DNA from: Nemertoderma westbladi
Lineage: Eukaryota > Animalia > Xenacoelomorpha
DNA length: 42,776 nt
Assembly: GCA_032718475.1 (NCBI GenBank)
Contig: JAUCBJ010002142.1
Location: 1 to 42,776 of the forward strand
Direction of reading: 5' to 3'
Positions 35,850 to 42,776 of this stretch are shown in pieces. The notes beneath the pieces were generated by a model, which was given only the letters and a program-made list of their open reading frames with translations, ran no database searches and was not told where the DNA came from. The first letter of the stretch is position 1. Every line of letters starts with the position of its first letter. Made by a program: the position numbers and the translations under genes.

Positions 35850-37192
35850 TACAGTAACATAACAACAATTAAATAACAAACACATCAGTAACCTGTTTCA
35901 GATACGATAAATGATAAACTCGGATACTACTACTACTAGGTCGAGCGAACTCGGACAGTGGAAATGAGATCCTTGCAGGCTTCCCGATTCTCCATAGTTG
36001 TCGCAATTTCGTTTCTCCCAGGTTACAGAAGTCATCCACTTGCTCAAGCTTGCCATCTTTTGAGCCTATATGCTCATGGCCGGTCAGTCCACGACTTGTT
36101 GACGACTTTCCATGAGTTGGTTGCCAGAAAAGTCGACCTTCCTTAGTATGACCTCGTCTTATCAATGGTTCGCCAGCAGTGCCCACTCAATCATTAATCT
36201 GCGTTCACGGAGTCGGTCGTTGATAGCAGGTGGTATATGTACCATAAAGCTCGGCGTTTGTCATGTGTTGTCTCCAGCTGATGTTTAGGGCTGCCCTTAG
36301 TAGTCTTGTGTAGCAACCATCAATTCGTTGTTCAAGTGTTTTAGTCAGTGTCCAGGTCTCACCCCCGTATAAAAATACACTTTCCACTGTGGCTCGAAAG
36401 AACTTGGTCTTCAGGTGCCTGGAGAGATCTGATTTCCAGATGGTATCCATTTTTGATAGAGCTACCCAAGCCTTTGCTTTCCTAACTTCTATGTCCTTTT
36501 TGCTACTCTCTATCCATGATCCAAGGTACTGGAAGTCATCGACCTTCCTTAGTTGATTATTATCAATGGTTGTCAAGTTTCCATCAACATTAAAGGTCAT
36601 GAATTCGGTCTTTGTAGCATTTATATGCAATCCAACCTCCTTAGCAGCCCTCTCCACTTTATTTAGTAGAAGCTGTGCATCTGCTAGCGTATTAGAGAGC
36701 AGGGCGATGTCATCCGCAAAGTCGGTGTCTGTGACTGTAGTTGCCGGATATCTACTACTTCTGCGTTCTTGAAGTGTGAATCCCAGATCTTCACCCTTTG
36801 AGGCCGTCCTCATTGCGTAATCCAGCACAATTACAAATAGTAATGGTGCTAATGTGTCACTTTGCAGTACGCCAGCCAGGATTGAGAAAAACTCAGTTTC
36901 ACCATCTGGTGAGAGTACCTGCGCTTCTGTGTCACAATATAACAATCCAATGCCAGCAACAATTACTTCTGGTATTCCATAAGCTCTTAGGATTTCAAGC
37001 ATTTTACCTCTATGGATGGAGTCGAATGCCTTCTTGAAGTCCACAAAAGTCATGACTGCGGGGAGATTCTTTGACTTAATTCATTCAATCAGTCTCCGTA
37101 GTGCAAGTATCTGAGCTATTGTTGATCTACTTGGTCGAAATCCGTTTTGGCTCTTACGCAGTAGTTTCTCTATGTGAGGCCTAATCCTATTT
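35850..37192 (-). mobile_element. 5'-truncated RTE-like LINE family B (RT to 3' tail)
   Basis: ORF 36205..37053 with VDFKKAFDSI, DFADD, YLGS; nearly identical to 40133-40970. Confidence 0.93.
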
Positions 37193-37811
37193 AGAAACTA
37201 TTCCTATATATAAACTCGGATAGAGTAATGTATTTACCGTATTTCACGAACACGTACGAGCAACAGGAGTGATAGAAACATAAAAACAAGAAAGAAAATT
37301 ACTAATCAAGTTATAAAACAAAAACCATATTTCACGTCATAAAACATACTTACTAAATTTCAGTCCGACTTAAAAATAACACGAATAGATCAGTGGGTAT
37401 TAGAGTAATGCAGGAGAGATGTAAAGTAATTTACACAATAGGTTTAGCTTTATATTACTGCATTAAATATATGTACCGGTACCCCAATTATCGTGGTTGT
37501 CATTCACGTTCGATAAATAAAAACATGTCGGAAAGAATTCATTGTCACTAATTTCGTTTTTTTTAACCGAAATTCAGATATTCTGCCATCGTGTATTGAG
37601 TTTTGCACTCGATGGCATTTTAGAATAAAAACCTGCCAACTCGTGGAAAACTTAACACACTCGGACAGAATAATTGAAATTCGGTCAATTAAAATTAGTG
37701 ACAAAAATTGCTTCTTTCCTATTATTTTTTGTAAAATGTGTCGTTTCTTTAAAATATCCACTTTTGAATTTGGAGTTTAAGATAACAAATTTATAGGAAA
37801 TTTCAGTCTTA

Positions 37812-40800
37812 TTAGGTCAGGTCAGGTCCCCAGATCCTGCTACCACTATGGCAGTAATGTGGTACTACCTGTAGCTGTCAGCCCAGTAGGGCAGGCCCGA
37901 TAAGCATAGACTATTCATTATTTAGTTGATCAAGAGTGGGTTGGTTTAGCCCCGTCAACTAAATAAGTCATTGAGGGCTATAGCGCCTAGGGCACCATTG
38001 AAGGCAAAGGCTTGATACGCATCTGCATTAGAGATGATACACGCCCCGCGCTGTCTATACTGGATGCTCCTCTACCAGTGTTAGGTAACCTAACCCAGGA
38101 GGCACACTTGGTTCAGGGTGTAACAAATGGACCCCTACAGTCGGCAGCAGGGCTGTAGGCCATGGATAGGCGGAAGGTAATCAACCAACGGCTAGACATG
38201 CTGACAAGGTCGGCGGAAGGCAATCAACCAACGGCGACCTACTGCGAAGACGCTTGTAGGAGTTGCGACCACAAGCGGTTTACTCCCGCAACTGAAAGAT
38301 ATGAGTATGAGAACCCTCCAGGAGAAATACCGGCTCGGTCGTCGCCCGGGTCAACAAGGACCGCGTCCCTCAGTGGTACACCAGGCTGGGATCGATAAAT
38401 TGGCTACTGGAACAGAAGACAGAGAAGAAAGAAGAACCAACCTGTTGAAATGTAAAAAGACACTAAAGATTGCTACAATGAACGCACGCACGCTGAAAGC
38501 ACAGAGCAAACAGGGTGACATGGTCGCTCTGGCAATGGAATATGACATCGACATCATTTGCATCCAAGAACATCGGATTTGTCATGAAGACACTGCCATG
38601 AAGTACAATGACATTGGAAATGGATGGACGTTAGTAACAAGCTCAGCAGTAAGAAACTCGGCCAATGCATCAATTGGTGGAGTAGGAATTCTGCTAAGCC
38701 CATTTGCACTTAAGACCCTAAACAACATCGAATCTATAAATTCCAGGGTTATGATCGCAACATTTGATGGGAATCCCAAGGCAACAGTTATATGTTGCTA
38801 CAGTCCAACCAATGCCTCAGAGCCAGAACAATCAGTCAAGTTTTATGAAGAACTGACTGGACTTATTAAGGATATTCCGAAACACAATGTTAAAGTCATT
38901 GCTGGTGACCTGAATGCGCAAATTGGCCCAGAAGACATCAATGGTTACACCTATAACACCCCAGTTCTAACAGAAATGGGTACTTACTTTTAGACCTAAT
39001 GGAAGAATGTGAATTGATACCAACAAACAACATATTCGAAAAGAGTAAGGGGAAGCTATGGACCTTTCAATACCCTAATGGAACCAAAGCACAACTGGAT
39101 TACATCCTTATAAACAAAAAGTGGAGAAACAGCATGATCAACTGCGAGGCATACAGCTCGTTCAACCTAATTGGTTCGGACAACAGAATTGTGACTGCAG
39201 AGATCAGACTCAGTTTGAGAGCCAGTAAAACCAGGACAAGCAAGCAAATCAACTATGACTGGGAGAAACTCAGAACTGACAATGCTGTAAAGGATGCTTA
39301 TACAGTAGAAGTTCAAAACCGCTTTGAAGCAATTCAGTCAATGGATGAAGACCAATCCACCGATTCAATATACCAGAATATAATAACAGCCCACAAGGAA
39401 TCAGCTAAGAGGCATATCCCCCAGAAACCCAAACGAAAACAGTATGTGCCATGGCAAAACTCTGAGGTTACTAGTAAGAGAGAAGATCTTAAGATAGCCT
39501 ACAAAGTTAAAACCGAACAACCAACAACCGAAAACATTAACAAGGTTGAGAAAGCTAAGGACGATCTTAAATTGGCCTAAAACATCAGCCAGGAAAAGTA
39601 CATATAGGATAAAACTGAAGCAATTACAACTGCTCACATACAGCAACAATCACGACTTACCTGGCAAACTGTAAATGAGGTATTTGGTCGGAAAAGGTGT
39701 GCAAAGGGGCGCCTCAAAGCCGATAGTCCTGAAGAACGTGTTGGGAAGTGGAAAAATCACTTCAGCAACTTGCTTGGGCAGCCACCAAACATCGAGGTCA
39801 GCCCTACAAGAAAAATATATGACAAGACACTACCTATAGAGAAACAGGGGACTTCACACCTACCGAACTCCAAAGAAGCATTAAAAGCATGTCCAATAAT
39901 AAAGCGAGTGGAATAGATGAAATCCCAGCGGAGGTACGGAAAACCGGAGTGCTAAATAGACCATTATTGAATGTTTGCAACCGGATGTTAAAAGGGGAAA
40001 AGCCACCACCAATTTGGACTAAAGGTCAACTAAAGCCTCTCCCCAAGAAAGGAGACCTCGGCATACCAACAAACTATCGTGGGATCTGTCTGCTTGTGGT
40101 AGCTGCCAAAATATACAATAAAATGATTCTATATAGGATTAGGCCTCACACAGAGAAACTACTGCGTAAGAGCCAAAACCGATTTCGACCAAGTAGATCA
40201 ACAATAGCTCAGATACTTGCACTACGGAGACTGATTGAAGGAATTAAGTCAAAGAATCTCCCCGCAGTCATGACTTTTGTGGACTTCAAGAAGGCATTCG
40301 ACTCCATCCATAGAGGTAAAATGCTTGAAATCCTAAGAGCTTATGGAATACCAGAAGTAATTGTTGCTGGCATTGGATTGTTATATTGTGACACAGAAGC
40401 GCAGGTACTCTCACCAGATGGTGAAACTGAGTTTTTCTCAATCCTGGCTGGCGTACTTCAATGTGACACATTAGCACCATTACTATTTGTAATTGTGCTG
40501 GATTACGCAATGAGGACGGCCACAAAGGGTGAAGATCTGGGATTCACACTTCAAGAACGCAGAAGTAGTAGATATCCGGCAACTACAGTCACAGACACAG
40601 ACTTTGCGGATGACATCGCCCTGCTCTCTAATGCGTTAGCAGATGCACAGCTTCTACTAAATAAAGTGGAGAGGGCTGCTAAGGAGGTTGGATTGCATAT
40701 AAATGCTACCAAGACCGAATTCATGACCTTTAATGTTGATGGAAACTTGACAACCATTGATAATAATCAACTAAGGCAGGTCGATGACTTCCAGTACCTT

Positions 40801-40970
40801 GGATCATGGATAGAGAGTAGCAAAAAGGACATACAAGTTAGGAAAGCAAAGGCTTGGGTAGCTCTATCAAAAATGGATACCATCTGGAAATCAGATCTCT
40901 CCAGGCACCTGAAGACTAAGTTCTTTCGAGCCACAGTGGAAAGTGTATTTTTATACGGGGGTGAGACCTG
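37812..40970 (+). mobile_element. Long RTE-like LINE family B (5' UTR, APE endonuclease, RT), frameshifted and 3'-truncated
   Basis: KIATMNARTL, CIQEH, YSPT, GDLNA, LDYILI; RT motifs NYRGI, DFKKAFD, FADD, YLGS; broken into three ORFs. 5' boundary approximate. Confidence 0.92.
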
Positions 40971-41145
40971 GGCCGAGTAACTCAAAAAATCTTGAGATTG
41001 ACCTTGAAATCCATTTCAAGGTCACCTTGAAACTCAAGTTTTACCTTGACTAAGATTTTCTTGAGTTTCAGTCAAGCGGGTAACTCAAAGCAATACTTAG
41101 TCAAGGTGATACTTGAAATTTCAAGGCTCACCTTGAGAATTAAAG
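40971..41145. mobile_element. Probable DNA transposon end that truncates the LINE
   Basis: Abrupt loss of LINE homology at 40970; dense cttga/tcaag inverted motifs. Second terminus not found. Confidence 0.5.
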
Positions 41146-41742
41146 ATGGACGAAATATTTGTTTATTTCAGCAGTTGCCTAGGTTTTGCAGTGAAGCCCA
41201 TTGTGTATACCTGCAATAATATACAGTAGGCCTACTCAATACAGTACGTTAAAGCGTTAAACACATTGTTGAAACACTTTGGCAATTGTAATTTCGATAA
41301 AACCACGCACCTTCTAAACAGATTACAGGCAGTGCAAAGTTTATTGACCACAACAGTTTGGCCTATACATACAGTATATCGAAGTGACATACTGTATCTG
41401 GGAAATATAATCACGGTTGTGAGGGTGAGCAATGTAGTACTTAAACTAAAATTAGGAACTATAAAGATGCAACCGGGCTTTAAGGTGGTTGGTTATTAAA
41501 ATGAATACCGCTTTCACAGGCAAAGAATGCCCGGGGAGGGGTGCATTTCGCCTAGCGCTAAATGCCCACTCACCCTCCGCCCCCCCGGGACACTTTGGCC
41601 TTGAAATTCGCCAAAGACGAGTTTGCCCGGGGGGGGGGGGGGGTGTCACTACGGACTAGGCGATTTTTCCCGGGTCATTGAGTGCTATGTGATCATGTCA
41701 GGGGAGGAGGGGGGGGGGGGGGGATTTCGATTGGGACATACA

Positions 41743-41970
41743 AGCAAGCAAAGCAAAGCAAACAGTCGGCCGAAGCCGGAGGCGACCCGAAGGCTCCTCT
41801 TTCGATAGCTGCTACCCGAGGGTAGGGGTGGGCGCTACTCCTATCCCAAGATTTGCTCCCAGTTACTTAACTGGTACTCATTTCATCGACCCCAGTGGAT
41901 GAAAGGCTGAGTGGACCCTGGCGGGGCTGAACCTACAACCAATAGATTGCAGGCCCGGTGCTCAACCAAC
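41743..41970 (-). mobile_element. tRNA-derived SINE with conserved central domain and (TTTGC)n tail
   Basis: 12-bp TSD ttgggacataca (41731-41742, 41971-41982); tRNA-like head; central ctcagcctttcatcc...ggtcgatgaaatgagtaccag. Confidence 0.85.
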
Positions 41971-42331
41971 TTGGGACATACAGTATTGGACTAAAACGCA
42001 CAATGTGATATTACTGAGCATTCTATTTCTTTACAGTATGTTGTCATTAATCTGTTCACTAATTTACAATGAATAGTCGTTCGTAATCAGTTGTAAATGT
42101 GTGGTTGGAATCCAGGTGTAAACTTGAATAATTGTTTAAAATTTTGTATTATTATTTTGTATTATTTTATTAATACTGTACTTGTTAGAGCTGATATTTA
42201 TATCTTCTTAGATAAAAGTATTGGAGATATACTCGACCAGAAATGTTAGAGGGGAAGCCTATGGAAACACTTTGTCATTCCCAGACATTAGTTGCCATAC
42301 TCAAAACAACATACACCTACCCTACATGGTT

Positions 42332-42535
42332 GGGTGAATTCTTAGCCCGCGAGTAATCTTAACCCACGGGTATTCTTAGCCCGCGAGTATTCTTAGCCCG
42401 CGAGTTAGTAAAGGAGCAGGTTAGTAAAAGATCAGGTTTCAGAGGCGTATTGGGGGAACCAAATCAATAAACGTTATTGTTTTGCGGGCTAAGAATACCC
42501 ACGGGCTAAGAATACTCACCGGGCTAAGAATTCCA
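42332..42535. mobile_element. MITE with repeated attcttagcccg / cgggctaagaat arms
   Basis: Four direct copies on the left, three inverted copies on the right; core shared with the 14416-14797 element. Confidence 0.75.
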
Positions 42536-42776
42536 GAGAGCACCTGCAGTACTTAGTTTCCAGTAAAACTTCCTAAACTATAACCTCAGGCGTTTATCAT
42601 TAGTAGTCTGCAAATAGTTATAAACAGTGGTATTCCACAATCCTTTGACTTTTCTGTCGCACTTTGACGTTTTTGACTATTATTTGCAAAAGACTTGGGT
42701 CTTTGATTTGCGGTATAAAAACCATTAGCTAACACATAATAATACACTACCGGTATCTACTCTATTATAACAATAA

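Noticed and set aside
37504-37761. 85-aa ORF as first coding exon of the zinc-finger gene
   Set aside because: No phase-compatible donor found and no coding signature.

Overview
Repeat-rich eukaryotic (invertebrate-like) genomic window. The main gene is a minus-strand, intron-rich C2H2 zinc-finger gene that I reconstructed by hand. It has 11 GT-AG exons from 35761 to 3143, all phase-compatible, about 1,680 codons and roughly 29 C2H2/C2HC fingers plus a Pro/Thr repeat; its 5' end is unresolved. Introns and flanks hold decayed RTE-like and CR1/L2-like LINEs, nested non-autonomous DNA transposons (hAT-, piggyBac-, MULE-, Sola-like), tRNA-derived SINEs, and satellites (8.3 kb of a 46-bp unit; 1.4 kb of a 39-bp unit). 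Three observations stand out. (1) The intronic 46-bp satellite resembles the gene's own 54-bp coding repeat with mostly synonymous differences, is stop-free on the gene strand, and has a candidate in-frame splice acceptor. (2) A TSD-flanked Penelope-like inverted insertion carries a minimal type I hammerhead ribozyme, sense to the pre-mRNA. (3) A second TSD-flanked insertion has the same inverted architecture but carries a tRNA-like sequence. All calls are by eye; no searches were run.
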